Shown: positions 1 to 12,222 of the stretch, piece by piece
How the letters are laid out: each line of letters opens with the position of its first letter
Position numbering within the stretch: the first letter of the stretch is position 1
Source of the DNA: Bacilli bacterium
GTDB taxonomy: Bacteria > Bacillota_I > Bacilli_A > RF39 > UBA660
Assembly: GCA_017397685.1 (NCBI GenBank)
Contig: JAFQID010000028.1
Coordinates: forward strand, 1-57,843
Direction: 5' to 3'
DNA: 57,843 bases
Notes under the pieces: model-generated
What the model saw: the letters and a program-made list of their open reading frames with translations, nothing else
Database searches by the model: none
What the model was told of the DNA's origin: nothing
Translations under genes and position numbers: made by a program

Positions 1-186
1 TGGATATTATTTTACAACACAACTAGACTAAAGTCAAAAACAAAGAAAAAGAGAAAAACTTACACAAAAAGAGAAAAATAATTTTCTCTTTTTAATCTAC
101 TAACTTTTTTATGACGTCTCCTAAACAGGGTTCACATCATTTGTTTCAACTTTTTAAATTTAAAATAAGAAGCAACTTTGAGCTTC

Positions 187-1089
187 TTATTTACAATAGT
201 TTGTTATTTCGTTAATAACTTTGTTATAATTTAATTCGTTTTGATCTTTTTTAATAAGTGAAGTTTGATTTATGTCTTCTAGTATTGTTTTTTCATTAAT
301 CATTATTGCGTATTTGTCATTATTTACATAATATTTTATTATTTCGTTATTTTTAATTTGAATATAATAGTTAATACCAGTCATGTTTTCTATTTTAAGT
401 GATTGTGCTTCTTTTGCTGTACATGTTTGATTATTATTTAAATAATAGGTCATGTTTTCTTTTTCTTCATTTGTTGCGGCTTTATATATTGTTTTAGCAT
501 CATTTATAAAATTATTTATTTCTTCCTCTATTAGTTCTTCTTCTGTTTTTATTACTATGTTATCTGAAAGTATTGATTTATCTAAGTTTATATATACTGT
601 TCTAACTGATGCGTTATCTATTATTGATATACCGTCTTTTATTGATGTTTGTGTGAAGTTTTCAAAATTATATCTATTAAATATGTCTCCTTCTTTATAT
701 CCATGTTTTATAGAGGCTGCATCTATTATAAACTTAGTTATTAATTCTGCACTTTGTCCTTCGTTTTTGTTATAGCTTATTTTTAATACGCTTGTGTCGG
801 CTATTTGTTCATATGTATAAATAAATGATGTTGTTGTTGCAGCACTGTTATATTGCACTTCAATAGTTGTTCCTTTTATTTCTGCGTTGATTATCATTCC
901 TGCATCAGTGTATTTTTTTAGTGAGTTTAATTTGTTAAAGTTTTCTACTACTGGTTTGGTTTTATATACAATGCTTCCTATTTTTCCGTGCCCTGTATTG
1001 TATGCTGAAAATCCTATTACAGAAGCGATTATTGCTATTATGCAAATAATTCCCCAAAATATTATTCTTATTTTATTTCCTTTTTTCAT
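187..1089 (-). CDS. Hypothetical membrane-anchored exported protein
   Basis: 300-aa ORF; basic N-terminus then hydrophobic helix (IIFWGIICIIAIIASVIGF); AAGGAG RBS; hairpin right after the stop. Confidence 0.8.
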   Translation of the reverse strand: MKKGNKIRIIFWGIICIIAIIASVIGFSAYNTGHGKIGSIVYKTKPVVENFNKLNSLKKYTDAGMIINAEIKGTTIEVQYNSAATTTSFIYTYEQIADTSVLKISYNKNEGQSAELITKFIIDAASIKHGYKEGDIFNRYNFENFTQTSIKDGISIIDNASVRTVYINLDKSILSDNIVIKTEEELIEEEINNFINDAKTIYKAATNEEKENMTYYLNNNQTCTAKEAQSLKIENMTGINYYIQIKNNEIIKYYVNNDKYAIMINEKTILEDINQTSLIKKDQNELNYNKVINEITNYCK

Positions 1090-1149
1090 AATTCTTTTCT
1101 CCTTATTTTAATTATAAACTATTTATTTTTAAAAATAAATAGTTTTTTG

Positions 1150-1701
1150 TTATATTGCTCTCATTTTGTCAATGTTTTTGTATGGGTCTTTTTTATCTAT
1201 TTTATCTATGTAAATTATTCCATTTAAATGATCTATTTCATGTTGAAAAGCAACAGCTATTTCTTCTCTTACTCTTTTTGTTATTTTTTCTCCTTGTTCA
1301 TTTTGATATTCTACGGTTATTCTAGCATATCTTGGTATTATTCCTTCAACGTCTTCTGTTACGCTTAGGCATCCTTCGCCTTCTTCAACATATATTTGTT
1401 CTTCTGAATGACTTATTATTTTTGGATTTACTACTTTGTATTCTATAAAGTTTCCTTCTTCTGTTTTATACGATATTACAAAATATCTTTTTAAAACTCC
1501 TAGTTGTACTGCGGCAAGGCCCATTCCAGCTCTTATTCCTTCTTTTTTAGCATATTCTTCATCTTGACTTAAGCGTAAGTGATTTATCATTTCATCCATT
1601 AATTTTATATCTGATGATTCCATTGGAAATGATACTTCTTTACTTATTTGTCTTAATATTTTATTGTTTTTTTCGTTTAATATATCACTTTCTTTTAGCA
1701 T
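1150..1701 (-). CDS. def: Peptide deformylase
   Basis: Motifs GMGLAAVQLG, EGCLS, QHEIDHLNG. Confidence 0.97.
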   Translation of the reverse strand: MLKESDILNEKNNKILRQISKEVSFPMESSDIKLMDEMINHLRLSQDEEYAKKEGIRAGMGLAAVQLGVLKRYFVISYKTEEGNFIEYKVVNPKIISHSEEQIYVEEGEGCLSVTEDVEGIIPRYARITVEYQNEQGEKITKRVREEIAVAFQHEIDHLNGIIYIDKIDKKDPYKNIDKMRAI

Positions 1702-1813
1702 AATTATTTCCCCTCCTTATGTATTTTATCAAAAATAGCATTATTATTCAATTAATAACTTGAAAAATATTTTTTTACATTATATAATTATTTATAGAGT
1801 AGGAGAGATGTGT

Positions 1814-3307
1814 ATGAAATCAAAAAAAACTATTTATTTAATTTGGGTTATGATTGTTTGTTTGGTTGCTTTTATGTTTGTTGCAACTTATGCGTATTTT
1901 ACGTTAGAAATTACTGGTACTGGTAATAAAAATGAAATTAATTCAATTTCTGGTGATTTAGAAATTACTTTTACGGATACTAGTAATGTTAGTCTTGTAA
2001 ATGCTTATACTGGAGATAGTATTACTAAAACTTTTACTGTTGAAAATACTGGTGATTTACCTTTGTTTTATGATATTTATTTTAAGGAAGTTGTAAATAA
2101 TTTTGCTGATCCTGAGGATCTTGTTTATTCTATTAGTTCTACTAATAATGGTGCTTATTCTACTGGAACAATGGTACCTACTACTAACGATAATAGGATT
2201 GCAAGGGCTGTTTCTATTGCACCTGGGATAGTTCACTCTTATACTATGACTATAACTTTTTTAAGGACAGATGATGATCAAAGTGATAATGCTAATAAAA
2301 CTTTTTCTGCCAAGATTAGTGCTAGTCCAACTGTTGATGTTGTAGCTGGCGGTAGAATATTTAAGAATAATTCACTTGGTTATGCTTTGTTAAATAATAA
2401 TACTGTTTTAAGTAGTAGTGATATTGATTTTTCTGCTAATGCTACTGATGGTTTATATTATACTAATACTTCTATTGATAGCACTACTGTGTATTATTTT
2501 AGGGGAAGTAATGCTCTTAATAATAATTTGATATTTGCTGGTAAGTGCTGGAAGATTATTAGAACTACTGAGGATTATGGAATAAGAATCATTTATAATG
2601 GAACTCCAACTGATAATAAATGTGAAAGTGTTGGTTCCGCTGTTATTGATTCTTCATCATTTAATAGTAATAATAATTATAATGCTTATGTTGGATATAT
2701 GTTTGGGTCTGCTTCTAGTTCAGGTTATCTTGATGAGCACGCTAATAATAATGCTAGTATGGTTAAAGAAAAACTTGATAGTTGGTATGGAAGTAATATA
2801 AGTACTTATGCTTCTTATGTAGCTGATTCTTATTATTGTAATGATAGGAAAACTAGTTCGTTTACTTTAAATTCTGTTATTTATGGTAAGGATGGTTATG
2901 GAAATCATAATACAGGATATTTAAGTAGAAATAATTTAATTAATAATAAACCTAGTTATAATTGCTTTAATAAACTTGATATATTTACTGCAGAAAATGA
3001 TAGAGGAAATGCTAGTCTTAATAATCCGATTGGACTTATTACTAGTGCTGAGGCTATGTATGCTGGTCTTAATTTAAGTACTGACTCTTCTAGTAATTAT
3101 TTATATTCTGGAAATGATTATTGGACAATGAGTCCTGCATATTTTAATGGTAGTAGAGCATATAATAGTTATATAACTTCTAGTGGGAAGATAAGTGATG
3201 GTGTTGTTAGTACTTCTTATGGTATTAGACCTGTTATTACTTTAAAGCAAGATACTATTTTAATTGGTGGTAATGGAAGTGCTGCTAGTCCTTATAAAAT
3301 AAATTAG
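1814..3307 (+). CDS. Secreted/surface protein, paralog 1 (camelysin/TasA-like signal ending TYAYFT; C-terminal YWTMSP...GIRPVITL domain)
   Basis: Long ORF; AGGAG at 1801-1805 favours ATG 1814; shares YYFRG, FAGKCWKIIRT, PIGLIT, SPY blocks with 13612 and 14971. Confidence 0.8.
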   Translation: MKSKKTIYLIWVMIVCLVAFMFVATYAYFTLEITGTGNKNEINSISGDLEITFTDTSNVSLVNAYTGDSITKTFTVENTGDLPLFYDIYFKEVVNNFADPEDLVYSISSTNNGAYSTGTMVPTTNDNRIARAVSIAPGIVHSYTMTITFLRTDDDQSDNANKTFSAKISASPTVDVVAGGRIFKNNSLGYALLNNNTVLSSSDIDFSANATDGLYYTNTSIDSTTVYYFRGSNALNNNLIFAGKCWKIIRTTEDYGIRIIYNGTPTDNKCESVGSAVIDSSSFNSNNNYNAYVGYMFGSASSSGYLDEHANNNASMVKEKLDSWYGSNISTYASYVADSYYCNDRKTSSFTLNSVIYGKDGYGNHNTGYLSRNNLINNKPSYNCFNKLDIFTAENDRGNASLNNPIGLITSAEAMYAGLNLSTDSSSNYLYSGNDYWTMSPAYFNGSRAYNSYITSSGKISDGVVSTSYGIRPVITLKQDTILIGGNGSAASPYKIN

Positions 3308-3316
3308 GGTGGTAAT

Positions 3317-3991
3317 ATGTATATTTTAGATGCTATAATTGTAATTATATTTATTCTTGGAATTATGTGGGGGATTAGGAACGGAGTTATTAAATCTACC
3401 GTTTCTTTGCTTGGCACTATTCTTTGTTTAATAATAGCTTTTACTTTTAAAAATTCTTTATCTAGTGTTTTTTATAAAAACTTACCTTTTTTTGACCTTA
3501 ATGGAGTGTTTGAAGGTGTAAGTGTTATTAATATTGTTATTTATGAACTTATTGCGTTTTTAGTTATATTTATTTTATGTAATGTAATATTAAAAGTATT
3601 GATTAAGGTTACAGGTATTATTGAAAGGATTTTTAAATTGACTATTGTTCTTGGATTTTTTTCTAAGATGTTAGGAGCGGTAGTTGGTTTTATTCAATCT
3701 TATATTATAGTATTTATTTTCTTATTTATTTTTACTCAACCTTTTATTACTATTATTGGTATTGAGGATTCTTGGCTTAGTGATAAGATCTTAAATTCAA
3801 CTTTTTTACTTAGTGATAGTGTTAAAAATACTAGGGATGCGATTAATGAAATTTATGAGTTAAATAATGATTACAAAAATGATAAAAAGTTGTATAATAA
3901 AAAAGCGTTAGAACTTTTAGTTGATTATGATATCATTGATGAGGATAACGTTAAAATTTTAAAAGAGAAAGGAAAGCTTGGTGTTTTATGA
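3317..3991 (+). CDS. CvpA (colicin V production) family membrane protein
   Basis: N-terminal LDAIIVIIF..G..NG and KMLGAVVGFI motifs; several TM helices. Confidence 0.85.
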   Translation: MYILDAIIVIIFILGIMWGIRNGVIKSTVSLLGTILCLIIAFTFKNSLSSVFYKNLPFFDLNGVFEGVSVINIVIYELIAFLVIFILCNVILKVLIKVTGIIERIFKLTIVLGFFSKMLGAVVGFIQSYIIVFIFLFIFTQPFITIIGIEDSWLSDKILNSTFLLSDSVKNTRDAINEIYELNNDYKNDKKLYNKKALELLVDYDIIDEDNVKILKEKGKLGVL

Positions 3992-4281
3992 TTTATTTAG
4001 ATAATGATAATTTAAAAGATGTAGTATCTTCTGGAAGATTTTTAGTTGATTTTTATGCGACATGGTGTGGTCCATGTAAAATGCTTGAAAGTGTGCTAGA
4101 GGGTTTAGAGGACAAAATTAATATAGTAAAGGTAGATATTGATAAATTTCCTAATCTTGCTTCTGAATATAGGGTTATGAGTGTTCCTACTTTAATATTT
4201 TTTGTTGATGGTGAAAAGAAGGAAGAAGTAATTGGATATCATGATGAAGATGAGTTATTAGAAGTTATTGCGAAATTATAG
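3988..4281 (+). CDS. trxA: Thioredoxin
   Basis: DFYATWCGPCK active site; MSVPTL. Confidence 0.95.
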   Translation: MIYLDNDNLKDVVSSGRFLVDFYATWCGPCKMLESVLEGLEDKINIVKVDIDKFPNLASEYRVMSVPTLIFFVDGEKKEEVIGYHDEDELLEVIAKL

Positions 4282-4290
4282 AGGTATTTT

Positions 4291-4920
4291 ATGTTGTCTT
4301 TAATAGGTAGGATTGGTTTTTTTGGTATTTTAGTTACTTTTATTCTTATTATATTTTATATTGTTTGTTTTGCTAAGATATTAAAAAAGACTGGTAGAAG
4401 AGGATATATTTCTTTAGTTCCGGTTTATAATTTTTGGACTTTTTTTGAGATTTCTAATTTGAGAGGTTGGTTTTCTTTGGTACCAGTTGCGAATGTTTTT
4501 ATGACGTTTGTAGCTTTATATAAGTTATCTATATTATTTGGTAAGTCTATTTTGTTTGGTATCTTTTGTGCTTTATTTCCTTTTATAGGTATTCCTGTTC
4601 TCGCTTATGGAAAAAGTTCTTATAAAGGATATATTGAAGAGTATAAAAGAAATGCTTATAATCAAAAGGAACCTGTATATTCTAGTGATGATAAGGTTTA
4701 TAATATAATAAAAGATGAGTATGAAGCTGAGTATAAGAGCGTTAATAATATAAAGATAGATAAGCATAGTGATAAGAATATTAATCTTGATAATACTTTG
4801 ATTGATTATAGTCTTAGACTTGTTACTAATGAACTTCCAGATCCTGTTTTTAATGAAAAGAAAGAAAGTAAGTTTATTAAAAATAATGATGAAGATGATA
4901 TAGAAATCATTGATTTATAA
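4291..4920 (+). CDS. Membrane protein, DUF5684-like N-terminus with acidic tail
   Basis: KILKKTGRRGYISLVPVYN and FGKS..FG....FPFI..P.LAYG pattern. Confidence 0.7.
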   Translation: MLSLIGRIGFFGILVTFILIIFYIVCFAKILKKTGRRGYISLVPVYNFWTFFEISNLRGWFSLVPVANVFMTFVALYKLSILFGKSILFGIFCALFPFIGIPVLAYGKSSYKGYIEEYKRNAYNQKEPVYSSDDKVYNIIKDEYEAEYKSVNNIKIDKHSDKNINLDNTLIDYSLRLVTNELPDPVFNEKKESKFIKNNDEDDIEIIDL

Positions 4921-4922
4921 AT

Positions 4923-4948
4923 AATACTCGTAAAAGAGTATTTTTTTT
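4923..4948 (+). terminator. Intrinsic terminator
   Basis: AATACTC-gtaaaa-GAGTATT followed by a T run. Confidence 0.7.
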
Positions 4949-4977
4949 GGTATAATTTTGTTTGTTGAGGTGAGGAT

Positions 4978-7139
<2,162 letters not shown>

Positions 7140-7246
7140 TTTGGTATTTAATTATTTAAAGTGTGTAATAAAATTATTATTTTAAGTTATAAAAATTACA
7201 TACTTTTTATTTGTTTTTAAATTAATATATTGTTTTTTATGAATAT

Positions 7247-7618
7247 TTATTTTTTTTCTGTTTTTGAAACTCCTATTATTCCACCAATTATGCTTGATGC
7301 GATTAGTGTTATATAATAAATAAGTGAGCTTATTTTAAAATCTTTTGTTATTATAGAAATTAAAATAAATAATATTGATATTATTAGGGAATTTATTAGA
7401 CCTGAAAGATATCCTTTTTCTTTATTTCTTTTTGCAGTTTTGTATCCTAGATATATAAATAATATTAATGTTATTATGTAATTTAAAATGTTTAGTGTGT
7501 TTGGATTGATTATTTCAAAATAATAAAATATTGTTGTAATTAGGGTGTATGCTAGTAAAATTATTACAATTTCTGCCGCTGATTTAATGTAATTTATTGT
7601 TTTATTCAAATTAATCAC
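7247..7618 (-). CDS. TIGR04086/YrzE-like membrane protein (start may be TTG 7609)
   Basis: Four TM helices, KEKGYLSG and IGGIIG motifs; position between tgt and the DUF421 gene as in Bacillus. Confidence 0.75.
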   Translation of the reverse strand: MINLNKTINYIKSAAEIVIILLAYTLITTIFYYFEIINPNTLNILNYIITLILFIYLGYKTAKRNKEKGYLSGLINSLIISILFILISIITKDFKISSLIYYITLIASSIIGGIIGVSKTEKK

Positions 7619-7680
7619 CTAATTAATTATATTTATGTTTAAAAATTATATTCTTATACATAATAATAATGGTGATTGAA

Positions 7681-8331
7681 ATGGATTTTTTGATGGTAAT
7701 TGTTAGAACTTTGTTTTTTTATTTATTTATTTTAATTATATTTAGAATAATGGGTAAAAGAGAGATTGGACAACTTAGTATACAGGATCTTGTTGTAAGT
7801 ATTTTAATTGCTGAACTTGTTGCGATAAGTATAGAAAATCTAGAAGATTCTATGTGGCTTACTGTTATTCCTATATGCATTTTAGTTGTTCTTGAACTTG
7901 TTGCGGCTTTTACTTCGCTTAAAATTAATAGGTTTAGAAATGTTATGGAAGGAAAACCTGCGCTTATTATCAATAGGGGAGTTATTAATTATAAAGAAAT
8001 GGTTAAGCAAAGATATACTTTGGATGATTTACTTACTGAGCTAAGGAGTCAAAAGATTAAAAATCTTAAGGATGTTGAGTATGCTATTTTAGAAAATAAT
8101 GGTTCTTTAAGTGTTTTTAAGTATAATTTTCTTGGTATTGATTCAGCTTGTCCTTTTCCTTTGATTTTAGATGGTATTGTTCAAAAAGATACTTTAGAGT
8201 ATATAGGGAAGGATGAAGTGTGGCTTAGTGATATTTTAAGTAAACAAGATGTTAGTAAAAATGAGATATTTTATGCTTTTTATAAAAGTAAGAAAGTTTA
8301 TGTTATAAGAAGAAATGAATTAGTTTATTAA
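7681..8331 (+). CDS. DUF421/YetF family membrane protein (YrbG-like)
   Basis: RIMGKREIGQLS..D, EGKP..II..G, AILENNGSLSV. Confidence 0.9.
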   Translation: MDFLMVIVRTLFFYLFILIIFRIMGKREIGQLSIQDLVVSILIAELVAISIENLEDSMWLTVIPICILVVLELVAAFTSLKINRFRNVMEGKPALIINRGVINYKEMVKQRYTLDDLLTELRSQKIKNLKDVEYAILENNGSLSVFKYNFLGIDSACPFPLILDGIVQKDTLEYIGKDEVWLSDILSKQDVSKNEIFYAFYKSKKVYVIRRNELVY

Positions 8332-9629
8332 TTTAGTACTTTTTTAATTATTTTATAGTATGAAATAGTTGAATAAATTAGTGTTGTTATTATTGAAAGT
8401 ACTAGTGTATACATTCCAATTTTAAGGGCTGAAAATACTATAATAGATAATAGTCTTATTATTGAACCGATTATGCCAGCATACATAGCTTTTTTTGCTT
8501 CTCCTAGAGCTTGAAGTGCATTTATTAAAGGATATTCTATGTAAAAAAGAATAGTAAAAGGGGCTATTATTTTTATATAATCTATTCCTTCTGTTGTAGA
8601 AAAGAGTGCGTTTAGGAAAAAGTTTGGATATGAAACTATTATAACTGTTGAGAATAGACCAATTAAAAATGAGACTAAAACTATTTGTTTTATTCTTTTT
8701 TTACACATTTCTTTATTTCCTTGGCTATAATATTTAGATAGTTCTGGCACTAGTGCACTTGACATGTTTTGAGTGAAGAACTGTGGCATTAATAATAGAG
8801 ATAAAGCATATGCGTTTAGGACCCCATATTCATATAGTATATACTCTTTTGAATATCCAAAGTATAGAAGCATATTTGTTAGAATTATTGGTTCTAAGAA
8901 ATATGAAATTGATCCTATTATTTTGCTGGATGTTGATGGAATGGTTATTTGCATTACGTTTTTTATTTCATTTTTATTTATTTTTATATCATTTTTATTT
9001 ATTTTAGTTTTTGGAAAATATTTTATCATTACTAATTGTGAAATTATTTCTCCTATTATATTTATAAATAAAATGAAACATATTGCTTTTGTTAAGCTTT
9101 TTGAGGCTATATCTGCGATAAAAATAGAGATTAATATAAACCTAGTTACTTGTTCAAGGAAGTTTGAAAGCATATATGGAAACATGTTTTGTTTGCCCCA
9201 AAAGTATCCTTTTATTATTGATGATATGCTTACAAATGGTAGAGTGAATGCTACACATATTATTGGATAATATAGACGTGGTTCTTTTAATAAGTTGTTT
9301 GAAAGAATTGGCGCGAAAAGAATTACTAATACTATTAATGCTATGTTTATTATTATTGATATTGGAATTATTGATATTAATAGTTTTTTTGGTGAAGAGT
9401 TTTTTTCAGATATTATTTTTGATATGGCTGTAGGGTATGAAAATATAGCTAAGACTGTTAAAAGAGACATGGTTGGAGAAAGAAGAGAGTAGAGTGCTAT
9501 TCCTTCAGTTCCTATTTTTCTTGTAATAATTATTTTAAGAATGAACCCGAGTATTTTTGTAAGTGTTCCGCCAAGTAATAAAATGAGAGTAGATTTTATA
9601 AATGCACTATTTTTTATTTTGTTTATCAT
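8328..9629 (-). CDS. spoVB: SpoVB-type polysaccharide/lipid II flippase (MOP superfamily)
   Basis: FIKSTLIL...KILGF, GTEGIALY, PTAISK, GYFWGKQNM, EQVTR, SALVPELS; convergent with YrbG-like gene as in Bacillus. Confidence 0.85.
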   Translation of the reverse strand: MINKIKNSAFIKSTLILLLGGTLTKILGFILKIIITRKIGTEGIALYSLLSPTMSLLTVLAIFSYPTAISKIISEKNSSPKKLLISIIPISIIINIALIVLVILFAPILSNNLLKEPRLYYPIICVAFTLPFVSISSIIKGYFWGKQNMFPYMLSNFLEQVTRFILISIFIADIASKSLTKAICFILFINIIGEIISQLVMIKYFPKTKINKNDIKINKNEIKNVMQITIPSTSSKIIGSISYFLEPIILTNMLLYFGYSKEYILYEYGVLNAYALSLLLMPQFFTQNMSSALVPELSKYYSQGNKEMCKKRIKQIVLVSFLIGLFSTVIIVSYPNFFLNALFSTTEGIDYIKIIAPFTILFYIEYPLINALQALGEAKKAMYAGIIGSIIRLLSIIVFSALKIGMYTLVLSIITTLIYSTISYYKIIKKVLN

Positions 9630-9707
9630 ATTTAATTATATTTTATTTTTTGTGTATACTTTACAAAAATTATTGAATAATTTAATATACTATGATAAAA
9701 TTAAATT

Positions 9708-9868
9708 AACCTAGATAGAAGAAGTGGCAAATATAACCGTCTAAAATAGTAATTAGGGGGATTAATTAATTTCTTTTGTTGAATGCCTAATAGCCTTAGG
9801 AATCCTACGGAAATTATGTATCCTACCACCTCGCAGAAGCGAGTTTATAAAAGTCACCTGTTTAGGTT
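9708..9868 (+). ncRNA. ssrS: 6S RNA
   Basis: Ends pair (CCTAGATAG/CTGTTTAGG; GTGGC/GTCAC); 3' ACCTCGC-AGAA-GCGAG hairpin; TGnTAAAAT just upstream; precedes yrvM/tcdA like Bacillus 6S-1. Confidence 0.8.
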
Positions 9869-9885
9869 TTTTATATGAAATTTGT

Positions 9886-9934
9886 TTATAACTCCAAAAA
9901 AATCAATAATTTTATGACTTTTTTGGAGTTATAA
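9886..9934. repeat. 16-bp-arm inverted repeat between 6S RNA and tcdA
   Basis: TTATAACTCCAAAAAA ... TTTTTTGGAGTTATAA. Confidence 0.8.
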
Positions 9935-9957
9935 TTAGATAATTGAGTGAGGTAGTT

Positions 9958-10635
9958 ATGAATTTGAATCGTCTTGTTAGCTTAATTGGAGAAGAGAATG
10001 TAAAAAAAATAAGAAATCTTAATATTTTAGTTCTTGGTCTTGGTGGTGTTGGAGGATATGCGCTTGAATCTTTAGTTAGATGTGGCATAAACCGAATTAC
10101 TTTAGTTGATGGAGATGTTATTAATCATAGTAATATTAATAGACAAATTATAGCTACTAGATTAAATTTTAATAGATATAAGACTAAAGAGTGGAGAAAG
10201 AGAATTAGAAAAATTAATAAGGACTGTAATGTAACTATTATTAATGTGATGATTACTGAAGATAATATAGATTTATTATTTATGCAAAAGTATGATTATA
10301 TTATCGATTGTTGTGACAGTACTAAGGTTAAGGTTAAATTAATTAAAGAGTGCCTTGAAAGAGATATTAAACTAATTTCTTCTATGGGGACAGCTAATAA
10401 GATTGATGCGACTAAGGTTCAGATTACTACTTTAGATAAGACTGAATATGATCCTCTTGCGAAAAGGATTAGAAGAGAAATTAAGAATAAAGAAGATATG
10501 AAAAAAATAGTTGTTGTTAGTTCAACTGAAAAGGCTATTAATAATTTAGTATTAGGTAGTACTTCTTATGTTCCAGCAACAGCTGGGTTATTTATTACTA
10601 ATTATATAGTTAATGATGTAGTTAAAAAGATGTAA
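9958..10635 (+). CDS. tcdA: tRNA threonylcarbamoyladenosine dehydratase (ThiF family, YrvM)
   Basis: GLGGVGG, SNINRQ, IIDCCD, ISSMG, DPLAK, SYVP; GAGG RBS before ATG 9958. Confidence 0.92.
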   Translation: MNLNRLVSLIGEENVKKIRNLNILVLGLGGVGGYALESLVRCGINRITLVDGDVINHSNINRQIIATRLNFNRYKTKEWRKRIRKINKDCNVTIINVMITEDNIDLLFMQKYDYIIDCCDSTKVKVKLIKECLERDIKLISSMGTANKIDATKVQITTLDKTEYDPLAKRIRREIKNKEDMKKIVVVSSTEKAINNLVLGSTSYVPATAGLFITNYIVNDVVKKM

Positions 10636-10674
10636 CTGAAAGTTTTTTCAGTTTTTATTTTGTTTAAACTATGA

Positions 10675-10720
10675 TTGACAATCATACGGATAAATGTTAT
10701 AATATCCGTATGATTGTAAA
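10675..10720 (+). promoter_or_regulatory. sigA promoter overlapped by a palindromic operator of the AbiE operon
   Basis: TTGACA (10675)-17 bp-TATAAT (10698) with TG extension; arms ACAATCATACGGATA / TATCCGTATGATTGT. Confidence 0.85.
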
Positions 10721-10733
10721 AAAGGTGATGATT

Positions 10734-11360
10734 ATGGTTTTTATATCAGAGGAAGATTTTATAAAAGAAAGTAATTTTGAAATAATTAAAAAACTTATGG
10801 AATGTAATAATGGATATATTACTACAAAACAACTTGAAAATTTAGGTATAAGCAGAAATTATTTATCAATTATGAAACAAAAAGATATTATAGAAAAAGT
10901 TGCTAAAGGAGTTTATATAGATTCAAAAAAAATAGAAGATGTGTATTATGTTTTTGGAATGAGTACTCCTAAAATTATTTATTCGCATATGACAGCTCTT
11001 TATTTTCATAATCTTTCAATTAAAGCACCAAATGATTCTTTTGATGTTACTGTAACAAAAAAATATAATAGTCAAAAACTTAAGAAACATAATGTTTTTT
11101 ATGTTGATGAAGAATATTATAATGTTGGTGTCGTAGAATTAGAAACTCCACAAGGAAATAAAATTAAGGCATATGATATAGAAAGATGTATATGTGATAT
11201 AATTCGTTCTAAAAAAAGAATGGATATGGAACATGTAAAATATTCAATAAAAGAATACCTTAGAAGGAAGGATAATAATCTCATTAAACTTTCAAAGTAT
11301 GCTGATATGTTTGGCATAAAAGAAGAAGTAATGGATTTTGTGAGTATGATGTATGAATAG
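10734..11360 (+). CDS. Type IV TA antitoxin, AbiEi family
   Basis: NNGYITT..L...GI wHTH, GVY, SHMTALYFH, ERCICD; start placed after AAAGGTGA. Confidence 0.88.
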   Translation: MVFISEEDFIKESNFEIIKKLMECNNGYITTKQLENLGISRNYLSIMKQKDIIEKVAKGVYIDSKKIEDVYYVFGMSTPKIIYSHMTALYFHNLSIKAPNDSFDVTVTKKYNSQKLKKHNVFYVDEEYYNVGVVELETPQGNKIKAYDIERCICDIIRSKKRMDMEHVKYSIKEYLRRKDNNLIKLSKYADMFGIKEEVMDFVSMMYE

Positions 11361-12204
11361 TATGCAAGTAAAGGATAAACTTAAAAATATTGCTAGAAAA
11401 CGTAATTTAGATTTTAATACTTTACTACGATTATATATGTATGATAGATTCATTGAAAGGCTTGCTGAAAGTGAATATAAAGATAATTTTATTTTAAAAG
11501 GTGGTTTTTATTTAAGTACGTTGTTTGGATTAGAAAATCGTTCTACTAAAGATATAGATACCGCTATTAGGGATACTAATTTTACTTTAGAAAATATAGA
11601 AGAGATAATTAAATCTATCATTTCAATTGATATTAATGATGGGGCAATAATAGATTTTGTAGAAGTTTGCAATATAAGAGAAGAAGATGAGTATGGTGGT
11701 TTTAGAGTTATTTTAAAAGTAAAAGTTGATACTATAAAAGAGGTTTTTCAAATTGATGTAGTTACTGGTGATCCTATAACACCTTGTCCAGATGAGTATA
11801 AATATTTTCCGATATTAGGTGATAATTATATTAAGATATGGTCTTATAACATTGAAACCATTATAGCGGAAAAGTTAGAAACAATTTTACGAAGAGCAGA
11901 AGCGAATGGAAGAACTAGAGATTATTATGATTTATATTTAATATATACAAAAGGATGGGATAAAGTAAATATTAATAATTTATGTAAATCTATTGAAAAA
12001 ACCTTTAATAAAAGAAAATACTCTGGAGATATAAAAGAAACGATAAGTGTATTAAATGAAAGTGAAATTATGAGAAAACGATGGGACTTTTATAGAAAAA
12101 AATATGATTATGCAAGAAATATTAAATATGAAGAAATTATGATGTGTATTGAAAATATTGTCGGTATGATTGAAAAAAGTTATAGTATAAATAAAACAAC
12201 TTAG
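11353..12204 (+). CDS. Type IV TA toxin, AbiEii/AbiGii nucleotidyltransferase
   Basis: FILKGG, RSTKDID, IAEK, RTRDYYDLY; overlaps the antitoxin stop. Confidence 0.92.
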   Translation: MNSMQVKDKLKNIARKRNLDFNTLLRLYMYDRFIERLAESEYKDNFILKGGFYLSTLFGLENRSTKDIDTAIRDTNFTLENIEEIIKSIISIDINDGAIIDFVEVCNIREEDEYGGFRVILKVKVDTIKEVFQIDVVTGDPITPCPDEYKYFPILGDNYIKIWSYNIETIIAEKLETILRRAEANGRTRDYYDLYLIYTKGWDKVNINNLCKSIEKTFNKRKYSGDIKETISVLNESEIMRKRWDFYRKKYDYARNIKYEEIMMCIENIVGMIEKSYSINKTT

Positions 12205-12222
12205 TTTAAATTAAGTTGTTTT
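12193..12222. terminator. Bidirectional terminator between abiEii and rarA
   Basis: AAAACAACTT ... AAGTTGTTTT between convergent genes. Confidence 0.65.

Noticed and set aside
66-140. Small hairpins near the window start (ATGACGT/ACATCAT; AAAAGAGAAAA/TTTTCTCTTTT)
   Set aside because: Short, no recognisable family or promoter, and context is cut by the window edge
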